Shown in pieces: positions 29,401 to 38,753 of a stretch of 64,000 nt of DNA (positions are counted from its first letter, which is position 1; each line of letters begins with the position of its first letter). Below the pieces are notes generated by a model that was given only the letters and a program-made list of their open reading frames with translations, had not been told where the DNA came from and did not search any database. This stretch comes from Candidatus Brocadiia bacterium (GTDB lineage: Bacteria; Planctomycetota; Brocadiia; SM23-32), in assembly GCA_046538485.1 (NCBI GenBank), contig JBKHIT010000020.1:1-64000 (forward strand), in the 5' to 3' direction. The translations under genes and the position numbers were made by a program.

Positions 29401-32400
29401 GTTTCGCCGCGGCCACATTCTCTGTTGGCGTCAATTTAACTTTCGCTTCGGCTTTTAATCCGCCGATCAGTTCCGTCGCGACCACTCTGTAAGTTCCGGC
29501 CGGATCGTTTTCGGCGCTCCGGTAGCGGAGCGGTTTACCGGAAAGGCGGTAGAAGATTGCACGCTGCTCGCCGCGACTGTCCGTAACCTCGTATCGAATG
29601 GGAATGCGGACCGGTTTTTTGTCACCGGGAAAGGGATTTTTCGCCGCAAATTCGATTTCTTCTCCGGCCCGCGCTCCGTGAGGATGTTCCAGCACAATTT
29701 CGTCAATTTCCTCGGGCAGCAAAGCAAGCAATGCGGCCGGCGTGCGAACAAGATCCACCGTCACGGCCTCATCGCGCACCGGTATCTCCTGCCCCGTGAC
29801 CAGATCAACGACGTGCGCGGCCTGATTCACCTCCACTTTGACGTCTTCAACGGGTTCAAAACGAACATCGGGAGCCGTCAAAGGTGATGAAATGACCGCA
29901 ACATAGTTCAGACCTCCGGAATCGACGGGAATTATGAGGGCTTTTTCAGGAGCCGCTCCGTTCCGGGGTTTAAGCCCGAAGGCTCTCATTGTTTTTTCCA
30001 GTGCGGAGCGAACCTTTTTAAACTCCTTCCAGAAATCCAGACGCGCGCGAAAACCGCCGATATCCCAGAGTTGTTTTAGAGAAACGTCCGCCCGCAAACA
30101 GCCTATTCCCTCGAGCAGCAACGTATCTTTGCCGACAACTGCAATCTTACCCCCGCGACGGCGGAACGCGGCGAGTTCTTTCTCGCATTCCGCACTGAAA
30201 GGCAGACGGAGATTGGGGATAAGAATGGCTTTGACTCCATCTGGGACGCCGGACTCCTCAATCGTTTTCTCCGAGACAACTACCGGTGCGTAGCCGAGTC
30301 GCATCAGATGACTGTGCAGTGCATGCGTGTGATAAAGCACTCGGCTTTGCAGTTCGTTGAACAGGACAGCCACCGTACGGTCGGGCTGGAAATTCGTCGC
30401 GATCGACCCGTATTGCTGGAGAAAATGGCAGATGGCCGAGCGTCTGGCATTGTCGCGCCGTGCTGCCGGTCCGCGCATCGGTATCCCGATCCCTTCCGCG
30501 CCACGCGAGAGCGCGTAAATCGCATCTGCGCACTGCGCTGGCTCGGGTTGCCAGCCTTCCACTGTAAGCCAAACTGGTTTCCCGGTGATATTTCCGTGAC
30601 ACCAGTCGACGGTGAACCCCGAACTCATCGGCCAGTCGCCGAAATCCGTGTAAGACTCGAACGACATCGCATCGTGTGCGCCGCCCAGATGGCGCAGGAG
30701 TTTGCCCCCGTCGTGACCGGCGTTCTCGTGGGTGGTCGCAATGAAATCACTGTCGACCTGCCAGAGCTCGCGGTTGTAATGTTCGAAACTCTCGCGCCAG
30801 CCGATACGCTGCTCGGCTCGTCGGTACTCTCGCCACCTGCGGACAAGTTTCTCATCTTGCAAAGTCCGCTGTTGCAACGATCGAATTTCTTTCCGAGAAA
30901 GGGGAGTGAGCCCGGTGCGCTCACGGATCTTTTTCCGCAAAGCGCGCATCCGATCGTCGAAATACGGATCCGTCACGATCACGGTTCCTTCCGCGTATCC
31001 CCCCAGACGCGGGAACCAGGTATAGGTCAGGCCCAGCTGGGCGGGAAAATCTTCGAACTCCTGGGCGAAAATCTGCGTGCGACGCACCATCCGATCGACG
31101 CTGGGCTGATAACTGTGATGAAATGCCAATCCCTCGAAAGAAAAACCATATCGACGGTTCTGATAGTCCACGGTGCCCACCCCGTGACGGAGCATGTTTT
31201 CCAGCATTCGCTCGTCCTCCCCGAGCCCCAGACTCAGTTCCGTCGGCGCACCGTCGGCAACGTCGCGCTTCTCACGCCCCCGATGGGGACGACTGAGCAC
31301 CCCATGGTGACCGAGTTGTGTCACGGACTCGATACCGGCATTCTGCAGCACTTCCAGACCGGCCGGGTCAAGGGTAAAATCGGCTTTGTTGCAACACGCC
31401 GTTGAGTGCAAAAAAAGCGGGGTCGTTTTCGGATTTTCGACAATTTCGATCCGCAGGCCGCGACACTCTGGATGGTCGAGTTTAATGGTGTATTGCGCAG
31501 GACGAAGCCGTCCGGTATCGAGCAGAATTCGGCGCGCGTCATTTTTCTCCGATGGCGTAAGCTTGAGCGTTCCGACAGTGATTTTTTGACCACCGGACTG
31601 TGCGAGGACATTCAACTTGCCAGTCTCTTCCATCTTGCCATAGATGACATTCAGGAGGACGGTTTCTCCGCGCTGGAACACCCGGCGTCCCGTCCGCGAT
31701 ACCACCCACATTCCCTGCACCGGTTTGGGTTTCTGGGATTCAGCCGGTTGAACCGTTTTGTAGAACGTCCCCTTTTCGAACCGTTCTTTCCCCGTCAGGG
31801 GCTGGACTTTCCCGGTTGCCGTAATCTCGAAGTTGCCCAGACTCGACTCGTATTTGAAGCCACGTGGAAGGTACATCGTCAGCGGCACGTATGCCGCACT
31901 GCGGTGGCGTCCCTGTCGATCGGTCACCAATTTATGGAGCAGATTCGTACCTTTGCGTCGGAGGGTCAGCCCGCGGAGCGGGACGAGCCGTTTGGTACCT
32001 TTCACTCTCGCAGCGAACGTCACGGGAACGGTATGAATTTTGAGTTTCGAGCCTCCTACGGTGGTGGCCGGGTGGCGGGTGGAAGCCTTCCCGTTGATAC
32101 GGAATTCGATACCGAAAGGCTGGATGGCGTAGTTTCCCGGCGGGAGGTCCGCCGAGCATGATGCCTGATAGTGAGCGTGAGGTGCTTTATGCTCGTTTTC
32201 CCCGCAGTAGATCTTCACGGCATCGTCGCCCACGTCGGGGCCCTGTTCGATCCCCCCGCCCGCGGTGAAGAGTTTTTTCCCGGCCAGTGTGAAAACGCGG
32301 GGAAACTCTCGGGCACTCACCTGTCCGGGGATGGATCGCAGGAACCTGTCACCTTCGATCGATTCTCCGTCGGGCCCCACGAGCACAAATTCATAATCCC

Positions 32401-32575
32401 CTTTGCCCGTGGCCTCCTGCAACTCCTCGTCCAAAAGATCCCCGAATGGATCTTCCTGGCAGATAGCGCTACCGGCCGACAGGGATAAACACAGCAGGAC
32501 GGTCAGAAATATCCTCCGGGCGTGAGAGCACGTTTCCACGCGCGCAGAAAGAATATTGGATATGCAATTCCGCAT
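26480..32575 (-). CDS. giant secreted multidomain protein (putative GH barrel, trimerisation domain, Ig/MG-like domain, PQQ/WD40 beta-propeller)
   Basis: 2031 aa; signal-like segment ending AIC-Q; AAFRRRGGKI; ENDPAGTYRVVATEL; repeated FSPDG/FSPDS and GKTLW/GEQLW propeller blades; AAGGAG RBS. Confidence 0.7.
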   Translation of the reverse strand: MRNCISNILSARVETCSHARRIFLTVLLCLSLSAGSAICQEDPFGDLLDEELQEATGKGDYEFVLVGPDGESIEGDRFLRSIPGQVSAREFPRVFTLAGKKLFTAGGGIEQGPDVGDDAVKIYCGENEHKAPHAHYQASCSADLPPGNYAIQPFGIEFRINGKASTRHPATTVGGSKLKIHTVPVTFAARVKGTKRLVPLRGLTLRRKGTNLLHKLVTDRQGRHRSAAYVPLTMYLPRGFKYESSLGNFEITATGKVQPLTGKERFEKGTFYKTVQPAESQKPKPVQGMWVVSRTGRRVFQRGETVLLNVIYGKMEETGKLNVLAQSGGQKITVGTLKLTPSEKNDARRILLDTGRLRPAQYTIKLDHPECRGLRIEIVENPKTTPLFLHSTACCNKADFTLDPAGLEVLQNAGIESVTQLGHHGVLSRPHRGREKRDVADGAPTELSLGLGEDERMLENMLRHGVGTVDYQNRRYGFSFEGLAFHHSYQPSVDRMVRRTQIFAQEFEDFPAQLGLTYTWFPRLGGYAEGTVIVTDPYFDDRMRALRKKIRERTGLTPLSRKEIRSLQQRTLQDEKLVRRWREYRRAEQRIGWRESFEHYNRELWQVDSDFIATTHENAGHDGGKLLRHLGGAHDAMSFESYTDFGDWPMSSGFTVDWCHGNITGKPVWLTVEGWQPEPAQCADAIYALSRGAEGIGIPMRGPAARRDNARRSAICHFLQQYGSIATNFQPDRTVAVLFNELQSRVLYHTHALHSHLMRLGYAPVVVSEKTIEESGVPDGVKAILIPNLRLPFSAECEKELAAFRRRGGKIAVVGKDTLLLEGIGCLRADVSLKQLWDIGGFRARLDFWKEFKKVRSALEKTMRAFGLKPRNGAAPEKALIIPVDSGGLNYVAVISSPLTAPDVRFEPVEDVKVEVNQAAHVVDLVTGQEIPVRDEAVTVDLVRTPAALLALLPEEIDEIVLEHPHGARAGEEIEFAAKNPFPGDKKPVRIPIRYEVTDSRGEQRAIFYRLSGKPLRYRSAENDPAGTYRVVATELIGGLKAEAKVKLTPTENVAAAKPGDDVFLPHPQRVPEFINGEGKIRVVVENTQTDYWPEARKIVEAFEAIGREAEIQRVRASMYDTLPLRWLPRSEDKELLEEIDAGEVVGYRGHMEPYIDEKHRRHIVERGGWRDIRPNYILRTHVVMFSGGRISESLSPVSRYMRTRNTPGSGQALIEVTMSPFWAGCDALTVVARDAEGARKGVSRLLDEIKSKRKDLPQAQPSDLATARADGQTKGTEPVQFVRPLAEFVPPSRCKELLTSRDGWTAAVVEDRVVAVSPDGKTTAFERPGGDVGLNIVNGGKFFCGSKEILSRHAAWHFPTAWGARIRTVDVKNGTMNGFEPPQKFAGQDNVIHAWEYAFAPSPDGKRYFAAEMGGGFFLYDFAARRYRIFRDRRDTSLFSERVRAPLCATGVGFSPDSRYLAYSSATFPVGHGNMGQAWDIPYASALQMVDLKEGKTLWRVDAEVLDDYSIAAQGKLRVTDSGRRVFLFNFNHDVLVFGAKGQKLEQIQLRGRELTTRDRLPDPVALEVSRDESTVLFAGRKTVLVTDADGNEKYRLDVPDLSDATLGWSGDRFCICDVDGIVQCYSTGGEQLWELETDGADGRVGRVADGFVVGEGAGDLLFVNPEGDKTRRVNSRELPPKDLSSGKMTFSGPERYRPPQTIDILKKYGSKRISSWTAEADGEKIYGQTFHPVDHTVKLQVEKRGPFVVRLRYRHEGTTKVTLRQGDKARTFVLDLPTWEYREVCLPALLAEPLEVNVKPGGKLKIALLDVYTLRFPGVNSAYVQPPSTDMGKEGGFVGPGAEGNLDRDLTVLDVDDSSSVADGVRGKMKEVNIYSNNIDPDRVQGPYFTAAGNPLHTFDGKHFLEGRPEPWTAGRVDRFITKMGSRIVIDLSYRAEPKICVTYGRTLTQSKVMRGIAVIGRLKNQFKQGRRHAAEWTTRGRCALAGVYPNDQFFRVFELNERPIEELAVFVFGGQGNPHGLSEIELYD

Positions 32576-32714
32576 TGGTTACTCCTTCGCCTTTCTAATT
32601 TCAGGCCTACCAGTGGTGTTTTGCCAGCGCCGTTTTTATTTAGTGCCGAGCCACTGCAACTCTCACAAGCCTTATGCCTCAAAATACTTCTCGTATAACT
32701 GCTCAGCTTCCGCA

Positions 32715-33503
32715 TCACTCCTGGATGCACCCGAAGTCTATCGGGGCCGCGACCCCACGCGCACTGTAGTCGACGCACAGAACATTGGCTCTGTTGTTGT
32801 GTCGATACCGCGCACCGGTCGACACTCCCCACCAGTAGTATGTGCAGTCACCGGTAATGGCAAAGTCATGAGATGAGACGGATGTGCCATCCGACCGTTT
32901 GACAGGTGCAGAGCTGAAAAAAGGCCGCGACATGTACCACTCCCCGCTCGCCCCCGAACTGGCATCAGGAAGAAAAGGATCCAGATCTTCAAACTGGTTC
33001 AAATCCTCACGGGCGGGACTTCTGAAACCGTAATAATAGGTCGTCCACATGCCGATCCCATAGTCCATGTGCTTGCTGTTCGCTCCCAAAAGCCCCAGGC
33101 TGTCCCGGCGTCTGAGACCTGACGACGTATTCACAAGAGCCACCGAAGGACACTTAAAAAAAGGACAATAGGATATCGAACTCGTCTCATATTGCTGCCC
33201 GGCCCCTCCGGATCCGGTGTATCCGTTAGCCGGAGCCCCCCGGACCAATTTTTTATACGGTTCCCAAATGTAGCGTCCAAGACCTTCTGGAAATGGATAG
33301 GTAAAGCATGTCGGCACAAATTCAGCGTGGTCGGAAGCGAACGAATTAAAACCGTACCCTTGCTGATGCAGCCGATTGATACAAAGAACCGCTCGGGCTG
33401 ATTCTCTCGCCTTTTCCAGCGCCGGCATCAGCATCGCCGCCAGAATGGCAATGATCGCTACGACAACCAGCAATTCAATAAGTGTGAAACCTTTTCTCGA
33501 CAT
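32715..33503 (-). CDS. DUF1559-like prepilin protein (copy 3)
   Basis: [36 protein letters not shown]...C; FKCPS; RHNNRANVLCVDY tail; GGAGG RBS. Confidence 0.9.
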   Translation of the reverse strand: MSRKGFTLIELLVVVAIIAILAAMLMPALEKARESARAVLCINRLHQQGYGFNSFASDHAEFVPTCFTYPFPEGLGRYIWEPYKKLVRGAPANGYTGSGGAGQQYETSSISYCPFFKCPSVALVNTSSGLRRRDSLGLLGANSKHMDYGIGMWTTYYYGFRSPAREDLNQFEDLDPFLPDASSGASGEWYMSRPFFSSAPVKRSDGTSVSSHDFAITGDCTYYWWGVSTGARYRHNNRANVLCVDYSARGVAAPIDFGCIQE

Positions 33504-33540
33504 CTGATCCTCCCCAAAAAAGAATAGAATCGAAGGATTT

Positions 33541-36500
33541 TTATTTTCGCGGTGGTGGATACAGATAACGCGCCTGAACGCGACGGCGTTCGAGTGTAAA
33601 GCTTTCCCAGTTCAGGCTGAAGAACGGTTGCTTCAGTTTCGAGTTCCGGAATTCAACCACGACGGGATACCGTTTGCCCGCCTCCAGAACAATGGGGGCA
33701 CTATCCACTTCATACGCTTTGGGCCCCGGAAACTTGCCCACACCGCGGAGTGTGTACGGACCGAAAAGCTTTCCTTTTGCAATTTTCTTGCCCCGGATCC
33801 TCCACGCATCGATGATATCTTTTCCCGCCACCTTCATGCGCACGCCGGACCCTTGATGCGGTAGATAGACACTGAAGACGTAACGTTCACTCAGCGGCGC
33901 TTCCAGTTGCCCTACCCACCGAACTGAAAATCCTTCCGAGGGAGCCCAGCCGCCGGCAACTCGGCCGACTTTTGTCTCCTCGTTCCACCAGTAATACGGA
34001 GCATCCCCCGGCCGATGATGAGCATAAGGCTTATATTGATCGAACCAAAGCTGACGGTCGATCCGGGTTACTGGACCTTGCTTGAATTCCTTTCCGCCGG
34101 CTCCCTGCATGGCTGTTTTCCCTTTCTCGTCCTCCCCGCTCGCCGGATTCATCATATCATCAAGTGTCTTCTTTTTCGGTTCCTGCAGATTGGGATTGTC
34201 AAAATACGTCGCTCTAAGCCCCTTGCCTTTCTGCTTCGCTCCGGGGATGCGTTTCTTCAGTTCAACAGTTCCCGTCTGCCGGTTCATCTCGTCCCAGCCG
34301 TTCACACGGTAGACCTGGAAACAGTTGCGTCCTGGCGTATACCAGATAATCTCCCCCTCATCGGTCTCCATCACCGCACCACCGGTTCCGTTATCGGAAG
34401 CGATGATCGAAGGTTCGACAACCCAGCCGTTCTTTCCGCGATCAGGATCGGCGCCACGTTCCCCCCCGAAAAACGTATACGCCGCTTTCGGCAGACCATC
34501 AGCCGCCCGTCTGTCTAAGAACGTCCCAGCATACAGCCCGTCGGTGGTCCAGACTTTGGCCGGCGTTCCCCAGCGTTCGGCTGTGACAACGGTATCTTTC
34601 AAGACGCTCAGGATGGCTTTCGGTTCGTGGAAATGTCCCGGTGGAGCCCCCTTGCCTCGCCAGACATAATTTATTGCATGCTGAGCCGCGGTCCATTCCA
34701 GCGCTCCGTCTTTGCGCCATTTGTGGAGATTCACCGGGCCAATCCGGCCCGTCACCCACCAGCGTCCATGAGAATCTCCGGTGTAGCGGGCCAGCGCGTA
34801 GACATTACCCTCCTTGTCACTGTAAGCAGAAGGCGGACTGTGTCCCCCGCCGGAGGCCATCCCCACATCGAACAAAGCCTCCCCACCTTTGTGCATCTTC
34901 GAATACAGGGGAACGCCGTTCCGCCAGATCGGATCACCACTGTATGCCACGGTCTTTGAATTAACACCATATTCACGTCCCAACGCCTTCGAAATATCGT
35001 CGCTGGCCGGCACACCCCAGACACTCACGATGGTAAAACCATGCCCGATTCGTATTCGCCCCCCGATCCTCCCGCCATCGGAGCGATGGATGGGATCCGC
35101 GATCTCACTCTTTTGGACTTCTCCATCGTGATTCAGGTCGGACCAGAATCCTCTGCTTTTGCCAGCAAATTTTTTCAACCTTTCCGTCTGGTTCTTACCA
35201 CCCAGCGAGAGCGCAACGGCTCGTAAATGCCCATCGGTATGTTCAAAGACCTGGAACTGTCCGTCAGACAGCAGGTAGCGGGTGCCATCGTGATATCGCA
35301 CGTAAAACTGATGCGATACTTGGTGAGTCCAGGTCTTCGGGTCGGAAGGGTCCTCACCCCCGGTATACTCATAGGCCTCGAGAACATTCCAGGTTCCCCC
35401 GGCAAAATTCATCCGGGCCAGGACGATGCGTCCATAGTTGTTGTACCAGACAAGCGCAGGATCTCGGGGGTCGGGGGCCACTGAGGCGTAGAACTCAACG
35501 CCGCCGTACCATTCTTTCAAAACTCTTCCGTTCTTGCCGAAATGAGCCACCCGCCGCGGCACCCAGTCTTCGGCCACAAAAAACCCGCCTTCCCCGTCTG
35601 CAGTCAGATCGGTAACGTTGCGGAAATCCCGGGGATTATACTGTCCTCCTTTCCGCCCACCTTCCCGACCGTACCTCTGGAGCTGTTTCCCTTCGAGGTT
35701 GTAACGCTTGACCTGATTGCCCGGTTCTTTTTCGGCAATCAGCAGGTGGTCGTTCGCTATATCATAGGCGATTCGGAAAGGGCTTTTCAGGCCGGTCACG
35801 ACCGACTGTTTGGCCCCCCCATCTTCCACCCGAAATACCTGCGAATCGCACGCCACGTACACTGCCTCATCCGAATCGAGAGCAAGCCCGCGTGGCGAAT
35901 CAATCGTCAACCTTTTTGCAATAGAGCCGTCTTTCGGGTCGAGCCATCTGACTTCGTTTTGTCGGCTGTAACTGACGACAATTGTTGTGCCACGGGCGGC
36001 CATATCAACTTTGTGGCGGTTATAGATAAACTGGCGTTTTTCTTTAACTTTGGTTTTCTCGTGCAGGACGTCCCAGGATGCCACCTGGCGGCCCGTTTCC
36101 GGGTCGATGGTCTTAATTTTCCCATTTTGTTGAAGCAGGTAGAGCTTGTCTTTGCCGCCGACTCCCAGGGCGATAGCGCCCTGCCAGGGACCGTACCCAT
36201 GGTGGGCCCAGAACCGTTTTTTCCCATCCAGGGACTGTTTGATGAGGGCCGGAACGTTTTCGGCCGTCCCCGACGCCACATACATCGCGTCTCCATGGAC
36301 GGTCACGCCACGTGGCCCCGCGTGATTTCCGATCCAAAAATCGTACGGTTTGCTACCCGGATTGGTTCCCAGGGTGGCCAAATATTGCACGGTGAACCCG
36401 GGAATCCGAAGCAGTTTCCAGATGTATTTTCCCGGTTCAACGGCACGTCCGAGGCTGCCGAGCCCATCCCAACCGAGCCTGTGGTCTCCGGGGGGCTGGT

Positions 36501-36795
36501 ATTTGCCGCGCAGAAGCGTCCGGACGAGGCGTCCATCCTTATCATAAACTCCCACTGAAATCTGACCGGCTTTTTGCAATGTGTAATGCACTCTGACCGC
36601 AGCGTTTTCGGGCGGAACCCCTTGATCAATCGCCGCTCTGCCCGTTGCCCCCGAGACAGGTTTATCTGCGCGAGGTTCGTCGGGCAGCGGGACAGACCTG
36701 GGTCGAGCTAAACCATCTGTTGTCAGCCCACCGGCCGCGGTTAATGCGACAAGTAAAAGCTGAACCGCAAAAAAAAGCTTGTTCAGTGTTTCCAT
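33541..36795 (-). CDS. secreted FlgD-Ig / NHL-type beta-propeller / PA14 protein
   Basis: 1084 aa; VYDKDGRLVRTL...WDG...PGKY (FlgD_ig); PRGLALD and PFRIAYD repeats; GLRATYFDN...FSVRW.GQLEAP.S.RY.F (PA14). Confidence 0.8.
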   Translation of the reverse strand: METLNKLFFAVQLLLVALTAAGGLTTDGLARPRSVPLPDEPRADKPVSGATGRAAIDQGVPPENAAVRVHYTLQKAGQISVGVYDKDGRLVRTLLRGKYQPPGDHRLGWDGLGSLGRAVEPGKYIWKLLRIPGFTVQYLATLGTNPGSKPYDFWIGNHAGPRGVTVHGDAMYVASGTAENVPALIKQSLDGKKRFWAHHGYGPWQGAIALGVGGKDKLYLLQQNGKIKTIDPETGRQVASWDVLHEKTKVKEKRQFIYNRHKVDMAARGTTIVVSYSRQNEVRWLDPKDGSIAKRLTIDSPRGLALDSDEAVYVACDSQVFRVEDGGAKQSVVTGLKSPFRIAYDIANDHLLIAEKEPGNQVKRYNLEGKQLQRYGREGGRKGGQYNPRDFRNVTDLTADGEGGFFVAEDWVPRRVAHFGKNGRVLKEWYGGVEFYASVAPDPRDPALVWYNNYGRIVLARMNFAGGTWNVLEAYEYTGGEDPSDPKTWTHQVSHQFYVRYHDGTRYLLSDGQFQVFEHTDGHLRAVALSLGGKNQTERLKKFAGKSRGFWSDLNHDGEVQKSEIADPIHRSDGGRIGGRIRIGHGFTIVSVWGVPASDDISKALGREYGVNSKTVAYSGDPIWRNGVPLYSKMHKGGEALFDVGMASGGGHSPPSAYSDKEGNVYALARYTGDSHGRWWVTGRIGPVNLHKWRKDGALEWTAAQHAINYVWRGKGAPPGHFHEPKAILSVLKDTVVTAERWGTPAKVWTTDGLYAGTFLDRRAADGLPKAAYTFFGGERGADPDRGKNGWVVEPSIIASDNGTGGAVMETDEGEIIWYTPGRNCFQVYRVNGWDEMNRQTGTVELKKRIPGAKQKGKGLRATYFDNPNLQEPKKKTLDDMMNPASGEDEKGKTAMQGAGGKEFKQGPVTRIDRQLWFDQYKPYAHHRPGDAPYYWWNEETKVGRVAGGWAPSEGFSVRWVGQLEAPLSERYVFSVYLPHQGSGVRMKVAGKDIIDAWRIRGKKIAKGKLFGPYTLRGVGKFPGPKAYEVDSAPIVLEAGKRYPVVVEFRNSKLKQPFFSLNWESFTLERRRVQARYLYPPPRK

Positions 36796-36827
36796 ATCGC
36801 GTTTGATTTGATTTAAGTTCCAGGGCT

Positions 36828-37756
36828 TTATTGGACCGGTTCCGTGCCGTCATGGAAGAGGTTCAGGAACTCGCCACCTCCGCCGCCCGTACTGATTACG
36901 GTTCCGTCGACGAGTTCGTAGCTCCGACCTGCGTAGTAACTGAGGAGATGCGGTGGTTTTTTGTGCCTGTGTACATGCCCGTCGAAATACAGGTAATTTA
37001 CAGTGTAATTTTGATGAAACCAGGTTACGTCACCTATGGCATCTCCGTACTGGGGTTTGACCGAGGAGAGAATATTCTCATGCACGGACCATGCCGCGTA
37101 ATAGTTATTCGTAGCTGTAAGGAACACTTCCTGCCCAGGGCTCCCGATTCTGTTGAAGGACCACAGGGGAGGCGTCCCATCCCACACGTTAACATTGCGG
37201 TAATACGCGGTTACATTGGCAGGCACCCCGTAGGAGGAGTGGCGGTACCACCAGTTCCCATATTTCTCTACCGTACCCGTGGCATCAGCGGGGCAGAAAA
37301 GCTGTCGCACAGCCGCCCTCCACACTCTCGCGTTGCCGTTTGCATTCCGGTCATTACTGTTCATCGCAAACTCTCCCCGGCAAGACAATGCCCCAGCGCA
37401 TCCCACCAGCATGTGTAACCATTCCATGAATTCCAACCTCCGGGCGGGCTATAGCAATCTGGTGTCTGATAGAGCGGAAACAAAAAGGAGGATGAATCAC
37501 TAATGTACATCGCCTTCGCGTATCCGAGCTGTTTGAATCGGTTCGCACAGGTCACCGCTCTCGCCGCCTCCCGGGCACTCTGCAGAGCCAGCATCAACAT
37601 TGCCGCCAGGATGGCGATGATAGCTATCACAACCAGAAGCTCGATCAGAGTAAACGCTTTACTGATCAAAAGCTCAAGGTGATAACCCGTCCGCACTCGC
37701 GTGGACCGCTTTTTCTGGAGCAAAATGGCCTGTTCCCGCTTCTCTATCGTTTCCAT
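36828..37756 (-). pseudogene. DUF1559-like prepilin protein (copy 4), frameshifted mid-gene
   Basis: ATG 37756 after [13 protein letters not shown] frame stops at 37361; another frame continues EFAMN...LFCPAD...FHQNYTVNYLYFDGHV to 36828; shift near 37371-37378. Confidence 0.85.
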
Positions 37757-37797
37757 TTCTCGTCTTCTCCAGCTTGCGAAATAGCGTGACAGAATTC

Positions 37798-38679
37798 TCA
37801 TCGAACCAGCGAAAGGGCATCCCCGGTGTTGAACAGATAGTTCCGCGCATCGGTGCTCGGATCGGTGCTCACACGCGGGTGCCAGGGTTTGTCCATATGC
37901 GGGGCGATCCAGTTGTGCCACCACGTGTAGGGACTTCCCCCGTCAACCTGATTCATGTTGGGGCAATAAGCAATAACTTTTCGTTCATGCTCACGTAAGA
38001 AACAGGAACTATTGCGGGGATTCTTTCTCTTGATGGGTGAATCGGGGCTGAGAGAGCTGTTCCAGGCCCAGCCATCACCCCAACAGTCCCAGGCATTATG
38101 TCCGACATCCCATTCGGTGCATGCCACGTTCCCCCCTTCCTCGTAACATCGAAGCGGGCCCTGATACATGTAGTAGCCTCGCTGGCCATTCGGCACTTCG
38201 TTGGGATCAAATTCATTCGCGTGCTGGCTGGTCTGCCGTGCAGCCCAGACCCAATTCTCTCCGTCGCGGGTCACCGCCCCCTCCATCCCGTTGTCGTCGG
38301 GCAAACGCGCATTGCATCTGAAGGTTGCATTTTCATACCCTTCAGCACCATCCATCTGATAAATCCACAGGCAACCGTTCGCCCCCCGAGTCCGGTAACG
38401 GTAGTACCACCAACTGGGCGTTACGGGTTCATTTGTGGGCCATGAATCCCAATTGTTAGCATACATCTGTAACCGGAGACCGGTCTGGTGCAGGCGGCTG
38501 AGACACGCCGTCAGACTTGCCCGCTGTCGAGCATTTTCCAGCGCCGGCATCAGCATCGCCGCGAGGATCGCTATGATCGCTATGACCACCAGAAGCTCGA
38601 TCAGAGTGAAACCTACGCTATCGCGCGGCTCTGGCTCTTCAGGGCTCTGTGGTGTGTTCAATATTCGACCGTTTAACAT
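37798..38679 (-). CDS. DUF1559-like prepilin protein (copy 5)
   Basis: [32 protein letters not shown]...C; tail PH...RNYLFNTG. Confidence 0.9.
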   Translation of the reverse strand: MLNGRILNTPQSPEEPEPRDSVGFTLIELLVVIAIIAILAAMLMPALENARQRASLTACLSRLHQTGLRLQMYANNWDSWPTNEPVTPSWWYYRYRTRGANGCLWIYQMDGAEGYENATFRCNARLPDDNGMEGAVTRDGENWVWAARQTSQHANEFDPNEVPNGQRGYYMYQGPLRCYEEGGNVACTEWDVGHNAWDCWGDGWAWNSSLSPDSPIKRKNPRNSSCFLREHERKVIAYCPNMNQVDGGSPYTWWHNWIAPHMDKPWHPRVSTDPSTDARNYLFNTGDALSLVR

Positions 38680-38753
38680 AATGTTTCCCCCTGACTTGCG
38701 TCTTCCAGCCAGCAGCTTATCAAAAACTATATTGTTAACTGCTCAAATCCGAC

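Noticed and set aside
36768..36776. Poly-T tract near the start of the FlgD/PA14 gene as a phase-variation site
   Set aside because: Gene is in frame and the short run is explained by Leu-Phe-Phe codons
8718..38679. Diversity-generating retroelement or shufflon acting on the pilin genes
   Set aside because: No reverse transcriptase, recombinase or template/variable repeat pair seen; similarity among copies is limited to the N-terminal coding motif
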